Counted from the stretch's first letter, positions 13,208 to 26,982 are shown. The stretch: 64,000 nucleotides of DNA from Octopus sinensis (GCF_006345805.1 NC_043006.1:40796001-40860000), one strand, 5' to 3'. Made by a program: numbers and translations. The notes: generated by a model not told the origin, from the sequence alone.

Positions 13208-13626
13208 CCTATTTCTTTATTGCCCACAAGGGGCTGAACACAGAGGAGGCAAACAAGGACAGATAAAGAGATTAAGTCGATTACATCGATCCCAGTGCGT
13301 AACTGGTACTTAATTTATCGACCCCGAAAAGATGAAAGGCAAAGTCGACCACGGCGGAATTTGAACTCAAAACGTAACAGTAGGCGAAATACCTATTTCT
13401 TTACTACCCACAAGGGGCTAAACACAGAGAGGACAAAGAAGGACAGACAAACGGATTAAGTCGATTACATCGACCCCAGTGCGTAACTTGTACTTATTTA
13501 ATCGACCCCGAAAGGATGAAAGGCAAAGTCGACCTTGGCAGAATTTGAACTCAGACCGTAACGGCAGACGAAATACTGCTAAGCATCTTTCCCGGCGTGC
13601 TAACGTTTCTGCCAGATCGCCGCCTT
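13208..13626 (-). mobile_element. SINE family C (Meta-domain-like gcctttcatcctttcggggtcgataaa..gtaccagt), dimeric
   Basis: Reverse complement of the 31196 and 63045 copies; domain name is from recollection of MetaSINEs. Confidence 0.85.
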
Positions 13627-13808
13627 ACGCCTTCCACGCAGCTTCCGTCAACCCAATTCACTTAAAAACAAGACATTTGCCCAAAGTGGTGCGCATTGGG
13701 ACTGAACCCAAAAGGAAATGGTTACAAAGCGAGCTTCTTAACCACACACCCAAGCTTGTAGCCATGTAAAAATTTTCAAAATGTTGCATGCTGCTCGATA
13801 AAAGAAAA

Positions 13809-14913
13809 CCGTATATAGTCGAGTAATAGTCGATCTCATTTTAACGTTGAGCCCCTTTTTTGGTCAAAAATTAGGAATATAATTATATTCCCAAAAATTT
13901 GGAATATAAAAGTCGACCCTAGTATTTCACGAACAACAGAACAATATTTGTGGGTCAAGGTACCGTATTATCCTGTACGTAGAAATAACAGTTACAAAAG
14001 TGTGTGGCTACCTTACTGTACATGCTCTATAGGTGGAATGTTTGGTGCTTATAATGGAATGCTCGGTGCATATCGTAAAACACCATTTAATAGCGAGCAC
14101 TACACATCTGTTGATGGGTGCTACATTACCATTGCTAAAATGTATGCACAGGATATGCTGTATGCTTGCATACCTCTTCAAGCGTAATAAGCACATACTT
14201 CATACACTCGTTGTTTACATGGTGAGAAACGTGTTTCACAGACAGCACTATTGGTGAACACTGGTAAACACCACTGTCTGAATTCGTACTGAAGCATGAC
14301 TTTGGCAAGCCTAAAAAAAATATTTAGTTAATCGCTAGATCAGTAGTTCCCAAATTTATTTAGCCGCGGAATCCTTCGACATTATTTTTAAAAATGTGGA
14401 ACCCCTGATAACTTTCAGGGAACCCTGTGGTTTCGCAGGACACATTTTGGGGATCCCTATAGCAGATTAATAACTCTACACCAAATTATGCACATTTACT
14501 GGTAATTGCACACGACATCCTGCAATTTTTTTGTGAAGGACAACATATGAAATATTGTTATGAGATATAATTATGAGATATAAATTGATATCACTCAGCT
14601 AGTCTGTTAAGTATGATGGATACAAATAAAATAGAAAGTGTAAATATTTATAAGAGCGACGCGGTCTGGTTTATCTGTTTTGTTATTTGCTAGGATGCGT
14701 GTTTTGATGCATAGAATTGGTAATATTACTGTAATTCATTGTTTTTGTTTTTATTTGTTTAGAGATCAACTGGGCTTCTGCTGCTGATATGGTACCTCGG
14801 ATTCTGGCTTGAATTTCAGCCCCTCAAAAGTGGAATCCATGTAATAGTCGACCCCATAAATTTGACTTTTAAAAATGGTCTAAAAAATTCGACTTTTACA
14901 CGAGTACGTACGG
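13809..14913. mobile_element. Tc2/pogo-like non-autonomous DNA transposon with a nested hAT-like MITE (14341-14458)
   Basis: Ends ccgtatatagtcgagtaatagtcga / tcgacttttacacgagtacgtacgg|ta; nested cagtagttcccaaa..tttggggatccc. Confidence 0.5.
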
Positions 14914-16049
14914 TATGTGAAAATATTTGAACAAACATGCTAGAAATACTTTGGTAGAATGTGTGATGAAAGGCAGAGCAGACCTCAGTGGAATTTGAAC
15001 TCATAACGTAAAGACAGACGAAATGCCGCTAAGTATTTTGCCCGGCGCGCAAACGGTTCTGCCAACCCGCGGTACTAGAAATATATAATGTGTATTTTCT
15101 GTACACATTTTTTCTGTATTCTTTGATTTAAATTTAAAACTTACAGACCCGCCTTAACTTCATTTAACCTCAAAGAGTTTGCCTCCCCTATGATAGATGA
15201 TCATCAGAGGTACGCCATGAGTACAAATTGTAGAGTTTGCTGCAAAATATTAATGTCTAATTCTGACAGAAAGATTGATCCTGCGATCTGTGGCACTGAA
15301 ACTTGAATCGCTCGTCAACAGTGTCTGTCGACTGATACTTGTGTGAACTGATACGCCTGATATGACTATATGTATATGAACTGAAATGGGGTCGGTACAT
15401 TCGCGTACACGTGTGTGTTCTAAAATAACAGCGGGTGTCTGTGTGTCTGACACGTACTGTTTGTATGCATGTATCATATATGCGTATCGTGAAACTGAAG
15501 GTGTTTTTAAACAGCGTCGTATGTAATGTATGTTTGCGTGTGAGCGTATTTAGCTAAAAGTCTTTGCGTATGTATTTGTGTGTGTACGTGTGTGCGGGTG
15601 TTCTTTCGAGATGAGAGAGATTTTCAAGATAAGATCTAACCCACTTGATAACAAGACAACATTATCGTGTTTTATGAGCGTTTGCACTCATTGAATTCTT
15701 CCCCATGAAATCGAACTAAAAATACTATTAACTTTCTTTCGATAAAGTTTAGTGGGAAATGACACGATGTTTCGAATAAACAATTCCTTCCTCTTTCTTT
15801 CTGACTATTTCTCATAATTATTTAATGCGAAAGAACCCTCTCTCGTAAATAATGTATACACCCTCCTTAATATTTCCCAATTTTTTTTTTACCAACGCAG
15901 TCTTATATTGTTTTATTAGGCATTTGTGGAGCATCGAATTGACTCCGGGCAATTTAGCTACATCCACATTTTAAATTCTCGCCAGGATCCCGTTTACTTT
16001 TAATCTCATTCGGGAGTCGTTGTCAATAAAATTATTTTCATGGCTGCCA

Positions 16050-16600
16050 GGCGGCCAGCAGACAGAATTGTTAGCACGTCGGGCAAAAGGCTTAGTCGCA
16101 TTTCGTCTGTTTTTATTTTCTGGGTTCAAATTTTCTGGGTTCAAAGGTTGACTTTGCCTTTCATTCTTTCGAGATCGATAAAATAAGTACCAGTTGAGTG
16201 AGTACTGGGAGTTAATGTAATCAACTTATCCCACCCCTCCCCGAAATTGTTGGCCTTGTGCCAAAATTTAAAATCAGAATTATTCTTGGCTCTGTCGTTA
16301 AGAAGCTCACTTTGAAACCATGTGATTTCAAGTTCAATCCCACTGCGTATGACTCCCATGGTTTTGGGTTCAGTCCCACTGCATGAAACCTTGGGCAAGT
16401 GACTTCTACTACAGCTCGGGACCGACCAATGCCTTATAACTGAACTTGGTAGACGAAAACTAAAAGAAGCCCGTCGTGTGCGCGTGTGTGTGCGTGTGTG
16501 CGGTGAGTATTTTGTCCCTCACCAACGGTTGGCAACCGATGTCAGCTTCTTTACATACTCGTAACTTAGCGACTCGGCAAAATACATCGTTTGTTAATAC
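16050..16600 (+). mobile_element. SINE C followed by degenerate SINE A
   Basis: gccagcagacagaattgttagcacg..gactttgcctttcattctttcgagatcgataaaataagtaccag; gggttcagtcccactgc..cttgggcaag. Confidence 0.7.
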
Positions 16601-17139
16601 AGTATCGGACCTCTTATCCGGCTTCCAGAAATCTAGAAATGTTGTGTAATACCGAGCGACATAATGTATCCTGCGTTGAGTAAACAGTTTTTGAGGTTGG
16701 TTAATTTTCACACGGTGAGTTACTAAGAATTTTGTTCTTTGCTTTTTCAAGTACATTGATAAAAATTAAACATATTCTGCTTCAGAAGTCTATTAATTTG
16801 TATCTATATCTGTTAAGTAAAATCGGGTTCTTTACTTTTCTTCATTTACTTTTCATTCTATAAGCATTGTACTGCATGTATGGCAAACTACAGTACCGTG
16901 CAAGAGTGAGGTGGCTGAAAACTCTTCCCCTCTCATTCAGAACCCCTTCAACAAAATATTATGATTAGGTATGGAAATGACTCCAAAAGGGCCAATATTT
17001 CATCTGTAAAAAACGCAATGCGAAACATCTATTTATAAGTTGGCATTTAGTAGAAATTTACAACAGTTTAAAATGGCCGAAGACTTTTTCACGGTACTGT
17101 ATGATATATATATCGGCTTAAAAATATTGGTACAAGGCC

Positions 17140-17335
17140 AGGAATTTCGGGGCGGGATGAGGGAAAGTCGATTACATATACACCAATGATCAATAATTAC
17201 CCATTTTATCGACCTCGAAATGATAAAAGACATTGGCCGACCGCGGAGGAATTTGAACTAAGGATGCAAAAACTGACGAAATGCCACTAAGCATTTTTGA
17301 CCGACGTGTTAACGATTCCGCCAGCTCGCTGCTTG
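17140..17335 (-). mobile_element. SINE family C
   Basis: cggaggaatttgaact..ccgccagctcgc. Confidence 0.7.
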
Positions 17336-17983
17336 CGCAATATGATATATATTAAGAAGTTTCAGTGCATTAATAAATATCAAACAGATCCTGTTTTAGG
17401 AGAGCATTAATTCGATCTGTTAGATACATCTTAGCTATTTACTTTCCATAGTTCATTTTATATTCTAAGTAAGTATGTCGACTGTCTCAAGAAAACTTGA
17501 AAATCCAGATATCCGGGCACTTCCGGCCCCAAGCTCGTCAGATAACTGGTCCTGTGACGTATTGTGATGCTGATGTTACCATAGAGTTGTCCTCGCTATA
17601 CTATTGATTGTTATAGTGTTGCTATAGTTTTGAATGTGTTGCTACTCTAGTATTCTCATTGTTTATTATTGATGCAGTTGTGGTGACCTTGTCTCTTATT
17701 GATGTTGTTGTTGAAATAGGAGTGACGTACAGCTGCACTGATAAAACACCAGCGTACAGAAAGTTTACGATGGACAACGAAATAAACATGCACAATCCTT
17801 GTAAACAATTTCTTATTGCGAATAAGTGGCTACACTGGATAATGTCATCTTGTCCTATTTTAGAGATAATATACATTTGCACATTATTATTGACTGGACA
17901 TTGATATTTGTATTCATAGACATGTACCTATGTGCGTACATACGCGTGTGCGCATGCACACACACATATATATATATATGCAT

Positions 17984-18085
<102 letters not shown>

Positions 18086-18273
18086 TGTTATATTTCGGAA
18101 TGGTCATATTGCCAGTTTAGCCAATACATATATATATATATTCGTATATATACACACACATGTACATACATACACTATCTATTTGCCGACTGTTTATCTA
18201 TTTATCTATCTATCCACACGTGCGCGCACACACACATACACAAACACACACACATAGACAAACACACTCACAT

Positions 18274-18341
<68 letters not shown>

Positions 18342-19038
18342 GTACATGCGTAATATATACATACATATCTAGGTACATATATATACGCACACATATCTGT
18401 ATGCATATACACACATGTATATATATCTATGTGCATATATACACACATACATTTCTATGTACACATATACATATACATGCCTATCTATGTGTATATACAT
18501 AGATATATACAAGCAAACACATGTATGTATATGAGTGTGTGTGTATGTATGTATCATATATTTACATATGATCTTCATTTTAGCGTCATTATTATTATTA
18601 GTTTATTTGTCAGAGTTCTTTCGTCACACATTATGTAACCTTTTCAATGACTACCTCACCTAATTTCCCGTATCTCCGCTTATCTTTTGCCTTGTTCTGT
18701 CTATTCCATCTTGTATGTATTACTTTATGCATACATACATAAATACATACGTACATATGCACTAGAGAAAGACAAAATGGAATACCCAAGATAAATGTTA
18801 GAGAGAATAAGAGACATGGAGAGGAATAGAAAATCATTGAAGAGGTCGCGGGATGTGTGACAAAAGAACTCTGACAAATAAATAATGATTAATAATAAAG
18901 CTAAAATGAAGATCAGATAAACAGTGCGTGTGTTTATTGGCAAAATGACCGTCCCCAAATATAATAATACCTGTTTCGGCACACGATTCCACATCAAAAA
19001 TCTTGTAAAAGAAATTCATAAACGTATTTATAATATTG

Positions 19039-19345
19039 TGGAGGCACGTGGCCTAGTGGTTAGAGCAGCGGGCTCGCGGTCGAGGGATCGCGGGTTCGAA
19101 TCTCAGGCCGAGCGATGTATGTGTTTATGAGGGAAATACCTAAGTTCCACGCGGCTCCGGCAGAAGGTAATGACGATCTTCTGTTGACTCTTTCGCCACA
19201 ACTTTCTTTCACTCTTTCCTCCTGCATCTTGCAGCTCACCTGCGACGGACCGGCGTCCCGTCCAGGTGGGGAAACTATACGCCAAGGAAACTGAGAAACC
19301 GGCCCTTATGAGCCAGGCATGGCTCGAGAAGGAACAAAAAACAAC
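19039..19345 (+). mobile_element. tRNA-derived SINE (head H1 + RTE-type tail) with 13-bp TSD
   Basis: A box tggcctagtgg, B box ggttcgaatc; TSD atttataatattg at 19026-19038 and 19346-19358; tail ggctcgagaaggaacaaaaaacaac. Confidence 0.85.
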
Positions 19346-19542
19346 ATTTATAATATTGAAGCGAGTCAAAGGTTTTGCAATATTTGCATACGTGCTAGTC
19401 TGCAGCGTGTATATCACGTGACTGGGGCATTTCAAGCAGTAGAAAGTACTCACTTAGGCTAGTAGTATCGTGGTGGCTGGTGCATCGACACATTGTGCAT
19501 TGCTTTACTCCGTCTGTGATTTGAAAGTCGCACAGATGAACG

Positions 19543-20130
19543 TGCAACGTAGTCTAATTCGGAAACATATGCTTTACGAGTTCGAACTGGGCCATAACGC
19601 CGGAAAAGCAACCGAAAACATTTGTGGTGTGAAAGGTGAAATCGCAATTGATCAGAATACAGTAACTGATGGCTCAAGACATTTTGCTCGGGTTGCAAGA
19701 ACCTCGACGGTCAGGCAAGGTCAGGTAGACCTAAAACCGTGTATTCGGAAGTCGTGCCCCAGAGGCAAATTCGGTGAGTAGTATTCGGAAAGTATCAAGC
19801 GAGCTCGGCTTCTCACGGATGTATGCCATTAGCAGAAAGCGAGTTCTTCAACAGCAAGACCTCGTCCCACTCGAACGACCTGGAATAATCCACAGGAAAT
19901 TGAGGGAATCAAATTTATGCCACACCCAGCATATAATCTGGATCGTGACTCCCTTGGATTATTACTTGTTCCGATCCATGTCCCACTTCCTACGCGCGCG
20001 ATGCTTCATGAACCAAGAGGAGGAGGAAGCTTCGGTGATGGAGTTCTTCGCCTCGGAGTGCATGAACTAGAATCAGCACAGCATCAAAGAATTTGACAGA
20101 AAGGTGGATTCAGACGATGCCACAGACTGA
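19543..20130 (+). pseudogene. Internally deleted mariner transposase relic
   Basis: N-terminal HTH-like MNVQRSLIRKHMLYEFELGHNAGKATENIC..; C-terminal LDYYLFRSMSHFLRARCFMNQEE..VMEFFAS. Confidence 0.75.
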
Positions 20131-20171
20131 CCTCAACTTGCAATGCTATGTATGGATGTATGTATTTGTGT

Positions 20172-20223
<52 letters not shown>

Positions 20224-20359
20224 ATGTGTGTGTGTGTATGTATGAATACGCACGCACATATATCTATGAATATGGAAAGGTCTCACAAGCTGACATATAT
20301 GTACCTTGACATATTTTCTACGTGAAATTCCGTTATATGTGTGTATGTGTGTGTATGTA

Positions 20360-20414
<55 letters not shown>

Positions 20415-21011
20415 TGAGTAAATTCCGAAACGAATTCATAAGTTAATAAACTATAAATCGAAACTAAAGAATATATAAAAGCCAGTCGTTCAGTTGTATT
20501 TTAAAAAGATTTAATTAAAATTATTTTCTTATTCAGTTACTTAATTTGTTTTACCTACCATGGCCAAGATTCTATTTTCAGTATTGAATATTTTGCATTT
20601 TTTATCGGCTCCGGGTTTATCAAACGGTCCACTGATTCTCTGGGTTTCTCAGTATGTGGCATCTCAACTTCGTAAACTCAGTGTACCGACGAATTGGCAG
20701 GGGTTTCTCTGATTCAGCTGTAGCCTTTTGCAGATGGCTGATCTGCTCGGTTACAACGAGATGCATCTTGATACGTATTAAATGTCTGAGGGGGAAAGTT
20801 TGTTTATGTTTTGTAAACCTTTTGGGAGACAGTTGTTCATTTGATGACCTTTAAATACCAATCTGCTGCGGTATATGTTCCTGATGTGAGTCTCAAGAAG
20901 AGAGTGTTCTGATCTGACAGTATCTCCCATTCATCTTGTATTCGCCCTCGAAAAGTTCGGAACAAGATTTACGAAAATCTTTCAATGAACAAACATAATA
21001 GCATCGTCCTT

Positions 21012-21188
<177 letters not shown>

Positions 21189-21919
21189 CTACATACCTAT
21201 CTATATATTTCTCTCCTCTCTCTTTCAGTATATACATACACCCCACCCAACATATATATACATGTGTATATGTATGTATATAGTATTACTTGTGTAAGTA
21301 CTTGATCTGGGAAAAAAATAAAGCAACAAAGTGTTTCCTTGAAGAACTGTTGTGGTTCAGCAGCCAGTTGCACTTTGAATATTTACTGCAGGTGATGCAA
21401 ATAAACACAATGATGAAACGTACGTAGGGAACAAATGATATAAACTGCGTCTTGTCTATCACACCTCCCCCAACACACATACATATATAGATAGATAGAT
21501 AAATATGATGTCATAATAATTCAGTGTTCCAAAGAACAGGGTTGTAATGCAAAGAGGCATTCTCAGTAGTTAAGGTCTCCGATTTATGTTTCTGGTGAAT
21601 GCTTTTGTAACCTCTTCATTGGGACTGGGCTATTCGGAGATTTTATATATATATATAAGCAGCAATAGGGTACACCCTATTAAAACAAGGCATTTCCAGA
21701 CAATTAACATCACTGTCAAATGTCGCAGACTAAATGTTGTACGCATATTATTACAGAGATCTCGCCGGGTTGTAGACAGTCCGCATCTACAGATATAACG
21801 GTGTCTGAGTACTCAATAATATCCTCGTTTGGGGCAATTTGAAACATTTTGTCGGGTTTTTCTTTCCGTAACGGTGGAAATAGAATTAAATGGCGTTGAA
21901 ATGTATTTTTGTATACTCT

Positions 21920-22250
21920 TTATATTGGTCAGACTGGTGTTCCTCATGTTGATTGTTGCATTTACTATGTTTCGGCTGTTGTGCTCTCCGGCCTTCTTCA
22001 GGTGTCTTCTATTGAACTCAATTGTTTTATCGGAATTTCGAACCTAACCTTTTGTTTCATCGACGAGGATACACTGTTCTTATTTCGTTTACTGCTTTTC
22101 GTGACAGTTTTTGCTTCAGTTGATTTTTTGCGAATTTATCTTATGCCTTGTCTGGAATTGAACTCAAAGCCTTTAGGTGACTGCAGAATATTAACCAACG
22201 CCTTTATCCGCTACGCTATAGCTGTAGTTGAACCCCAGGCAAGGCACTAA
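21920..22250 (-). mobile_element. Divergent tRNA-headed, hammerhead-like-motif element
   Basis: On -: A box tagcgtagcgg (22218-22208), B box gagttcaattcc (22165-22154), gacacctgaagaaggcc..gccgaaacatag (22006-21964). Confidence 0.55.
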
Positions 22251-22289
22251 GGTAAATTCACAAAACCTCAACCGAAGTAAAAACATACG

Positions 22290-23330
22290 GCTGAGCGGTA
22301 AGAAGCTTGCTTTCCAACTATATGGTTCCGGGTTCAGTTCTATTACATGGTACTGTGGGCAAGTGTCTTCTACTAAGAGCCTCAGGCTAATCAAAGCCTT
22401 GTGAGTGGATTTGGTCGACGGAAACTGAAAAAAAGCCCCTCGTATATATACATAAATAGCCGTAGGCGTGGCTGTGTGGTAAGAAGCTTGCTTCCTAACC
22501 ACATGGTTCCGGTTCAGTTCCATTGCATGGCACCGTGAGTAAGTGTCTTCTACTAAGAGCCTCAGGCTAATCAAAGCCTTGTGAGTGGATTTGGTCGACG
22601 GAAACTGAAAAAAAGCCCCTCGTATATATACATAAATAGCCGTAGGCGTGGCTGTGTGGTAAGAAGCTTGCTTCCTAACCACATGGTTCCGGGTTCAGTT
22701 CCATTGCATGGCACCGTGAGTAAGTGTCTTCTACTAGAACGTCAGGCCAACCAAAACCTTGTGGATGGATTTGGTAGACGGAAACCGAAAAAAGCCTGTA
22801 GTGTATACTGGTACTCCGTTAGTCACAACGACGAGGGTTCCAGTTGACGGAACAGCCTGCTCTTAAAATTAACGTGCAAGTGGCTGAGCACTCCACAGAC
22901 ACGCGTACCCTTAACATAGTATGACAAGGCTGCCCCTTTGAAATGCAGGTACTACTCATTTTCGCCAGGTGAGTGGTCTGGAGCAGCATAAAATAAAGTG
23001 TCTTGCTCAAGGACACAACGCGTCGCCGGGAACTGAACTTACGATCTTATGATCGTGAGCCAAATGCCTTAACCACTAAGCCACGCGCCTCATATATATA
23101 GATATGTGTGTGTGTTTTCCCCCCCCCCACTTCTGCCATTGCTTGACAACCGATACCGGTGTCTCTATATCCCCGTGACTTAACGTTTCGGCAAAAATAC
23201 CCCGATAGAATAAGTACTATGTTTACAAAGAATAAGTTCTGGGGCTGATTTCTTCGGCTATAACCCTTCAAGGCGGTGCTCCAGCATGGCAGCAGTCAAA
23301 TGCCTGAAACTAGTAAAAGAGTAAAAGAAA
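22290..23330 (+). mobile_element. Tandem SINE A heads (180-bp duplication) with a SINE B (-, 22815-23090) nested in the last copy
   Basis: 22361-22540 nearly identical to 22541-22721; SINE A 3' half resumes at ~23095. Confidence 0.85.
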
Positions 23331-23729
23331 GCGCAGTGGGCGGAATAAGGGTCCCGATACAACATGTGAGTTCAACACAAGACACCTGAAGAAGGCATGA
23401 GAGTACAACAGCCGAAACATAGTGATAGTAAAAATAAAGATGAGGACAGGAATCCGACTGGTATAAACAATATGCATGACATAAATTGATATAAATTCCT
23501 TATCTCAGAAACAGAGAATTGTGTTGTATTCTTCTTTTATAATGGAGGATCGTAAGGTAGATTGTTCCAGTCATCGAGCCAGCCGGCCGGAGAACCGGAG
23601 AACCTCGGAGTACACACACACACACACACAAGAAAACAAGGAAAAACGAGATGGTTGAATAAGCAACAACATGAATCAGAACCCCAGCATTCTCTTTTTA
23701 TTTTCGTTTTGCTCCGGTTCCCAATCACC

Positions 23730-23750
23730 GCGACGACGACGACGACGACG

Positions 23751-23806
<56 letters not shown>

Positions 23807-24490
23807 CACGACCACCACCACCGCCGCCATCGCCACCACTACCATATCTAAACACCACCACCATCATCACCATAACTAAACACCAACACTACCTCCACTT
23901 CCCACATCTCCACCGCTACCACCACCATCACCACCACCTCCACCACAACCATCGCCATCACCGCCACCACCACCTGCACTACAACCTCCGCCACTACCAC
24001 CACTACTACCACCACCGCCACCACCACCACCACCACCACCACCACCACCACTGTTAAGATCGTCGGTCGTCGGCGTTCGTCGCCGTCCTCATTTTGTCCG
24101 TTATTATCGACATCGTCATCGTCATCACCACCACCACCACCACCATGATCCTCGTCGTCATCATTATCGCCATCATCATCATCGTCATCACCCTGCTCTG
24201 ATTATTTCTGAGTTTTAAGGAATAAAGTGCTGATCTCAATCCATGTCGTCACCTTCGCTATCGCCGCCATCTCTCACCACCACTCTCATCCTTCTTCTCA
24301 TCACTAACACGTCAACACCGTTCTCAATATAATTAACAGCATCATCAACGTCTTCATTATTATCTGCGTCAAAATCATCATCACCAACATCTTCCTCTTC
24401 CTCACCATCCTCATCGCCACCATCACTATCACCATCACCGTTACCACCATCTCCTCCTCCAACACCGCCGCCGCCACCAGCAGCAGCAAC
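23730..24490. repeat. Compound triplet/hexamer repeat patchwork (GAC, CGACCA, CAC, CAT)
   Basis: Direct observation. Confidence 0.9.
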
Positions 24491-24495
24491 AGCAG

Positions 24496-24700
24496 TGGAG
24501 GCGCAATGGCACAGTGGTTAGAGCAGCGGACTCGCGGTCGTAAGAACGCGGTTTCGATTCCCAGACCGGGAATTGTGAGTGTTTATTGAGCAAGAACACC
24601 TAAGCTCCACGATGCTCCGGCGGGGGGGGGGGACTCCGCAGTACTCTTTTACCACAAATTTCTCTCTTTCTTCCTACTTCTGCCACAAAGCAGAGGAACC
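24496..24700 (+). mobile_element. SINE head H1, 3'-truncated
   Basis: ggaggcgcaatggcacagtggttagagcagcggactcgcggtcg..ggtttcgattcccagacc. Confidence 0.8.
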
Positions 24701-24966
24701 ATGGTGTAACCCACTATGGTGTGGTAAACTTTCAGACCCTAGTCTATATTGCGAATCCTCTGTACCCCAGGATGGTTCAGCTCTCCACCCATTAAAAGCC
24801 ACCGTTTACGGAATGAGGATAACAACATAGCTTTCGCGCCAGTGCAACCGCCAGTCTATCGCGTGTGGTGGGTGGATCTTCAAGTTGCCACACGCATTCT
24901 TAATAGCTTAGAGTAGGCTCGAATTAGAGATTATTCTTTGTGGCTAATGGCTTGAGTCCTGACTGG

Positions 24967-25137
24967 AAGAAGAAGAAGAAGAAGAAGAAGAAGAAGAAGA
25001 AGAAGAAGAAGAAGAAGAAGAAGAAGAAGAAGAAGAAGAAGAAGAAGAAGAAGAAGAAGAAGAAGAAGAAGAAGAAGAAGAAGAAGAAGAAGAAGAAGAG
25101 AAGAAGAAGAAGAAGAAGAAGAAGAAGAAGAAGAAGA
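24967..25137. repeat. (GAA)n microsatellite
   Basis: Direct observation. Confidence 0.95.
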
Positions 25138-25230
25138 CGCACCGCAGCCACCACCTTCACCAGAGTTGCTTCTAATTCATAATTGAATATATTCACTCCC
25201 TCGGAGGTCATAGTATGAATTCTAGATCGT

Positions 25231-25294
<64 letters not shown>

Positions 25295-25359
25295 ATCTAT
25301 AATCGTTGGCGATTTTTTTCCTTTCTCTCCCTTTTCTATTGGACTTTCCTCTGTCTTCT

Positions 25360-25394
25360 GTTTCTGAAGAAGAGCTTTGCTCGAAACGTAAAAC
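25360..25394 (+). ncRNA. Minimal type I hammerhead-like motif in a Penelope-like terminal fragment
   Basis: gttt CTGAAGA a gagc ttt gctc GAAA cgt a aaac. Confidence 0.5.
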
Positions 25395-25806
25395 CACCTT
25401 TCTTTCCTTCCCCGAGCGTCTGCTAATACTTTACATGTACCACGTCCTCGCGTTGTTGTTTATTCCACACGAGAAGTCGTATGAAGAAAAGAAGAAAAAG
25501 TTGAAAATATCATTTAAGAAAATTTACTATATGAAAATTTATTTACAATCACTTAACCGGTTTCACATTTTTTATTTGGATTCATAAATAATAGAAAATG
25601 GCGAGTTTTATAACAGGTACCTGGTGTTCAGTTCTTCTCTTACGTTTTCAGACTTTAGATCCTTTAACTATTCTGCCGAAAGTATTCTGTCTAAACTTTT
25701 GATGATATCAGTCCTTAATCTGGAAACTTCGTCTTTCTGTTTGTCAAAGATTTCAATGAAGATTTCTCAACGACGTGTTACAGCTTCAAATTTTTGCTCG
25801 GGATCC

Positions 25807-25809
<3 letters not shown>

Positions 25810-25861
<52 letters not shown>

Positions 25862-26660
25862 CCAAACAGACAAACAGACAAACACACAAACCCACACACA
25901 TACACACAAACACATACGCATACACACGTACACGCACAAACACATACACATACATGTACAAGCACATACACACACATACACACACGTTCACACACAAACA
26001 CACAAACACACACACACAGAAACACGCACAAATACACACTTACACACAAACATGCAAACACACTTACACACAAACATGCAAACACACATACATACACACA
26101 TACACACACACACAGACACATACATACACAGAAACACACAGAAACACACAAGCACGCACACATACACACAAACACACAAATACACACACATTTGCCCATG
26201 CACACAAACGAACAGACATACACATACAAACAGACAAACACATACACACGCCCAAACGCACACACATACACACACAAATATACACACACATGCACACACA
26301 AACACACACATACGAACTCTTGAAAAGTCACTTTCAGTGTCTTCAAGCGTATCTTCTACCTTTCCTTCCGTCTTTCTTAGAGTATCCTCCTCCTCCCCCT
26401 CCAATCACCCCCTCTCCATCCCTTAATCCTCCCCTCCGCCCATCCTCCTCCCACTCTCTCATTCCCCTCCTTCTCCTCTTCTCTCATTCCCCCTCTCATT
26501 CCCCCTCCCCTCCTCTCCTCCTCCTCCCACTCTCTCATTCCCCTCCTTCTCCTCTCTCATCCCCCTCCTCCTCCTCTCTCATTCCCCCTCCTCCTCCGCC
26601 TCTTCCTCCTCTCTCATTCCCTCCTCCTACTTCTTCTCTTCCTCCTTCCCTTTTGTCTGC
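25810..26660. repeat. Degenerate CA-rich then CT-rich low-complexity tract
   Basis: Direct observation; source of many spurious ORFs. Confidence 0.9.
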
Positions 26661-26951
26661 CCTCTCCGCATGTTTAACATTTCTGTCTGTATTTTCAATT
26701 ATTGAGCAAATAACATTGTTTACTTCCATTGTCAACTTCTCATTACTAGCTCCCACCCGATACAGCAGCTCCACCACAACACCCACAATTGTATCCGTCG
26801 CTCGCAAATGAGTATGACTTATAAATTAGCTTCGGCTAATTGTCTTAGGGGTCTATAGAACTGTGTAGTTGAGAGCAAAATAAGGCACTTTCTTGGCTCT
26901 CATACCCTTTCACACAGCGGAATATTCTCTCTTTCTTTCTGTCACATACCG

Positions 26952-26982
<31 letters not shown>

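Noticed and set aside
17622-17882. Minus-strand ORF with a hydrophobic stretch followed by Thr-rich sequence
   Set aside because: Stops in all frames nearby, no clear splice sites; consistent with degenerate AAC-rich sequence.
20837-20935. Minus-strand peptide [32 protein letters not shown], faintly like a kinase N-lobe
   Set aside because: Lacks GxGxxG, stops immediately after, and has no downstream kinase motifs; probably chance.
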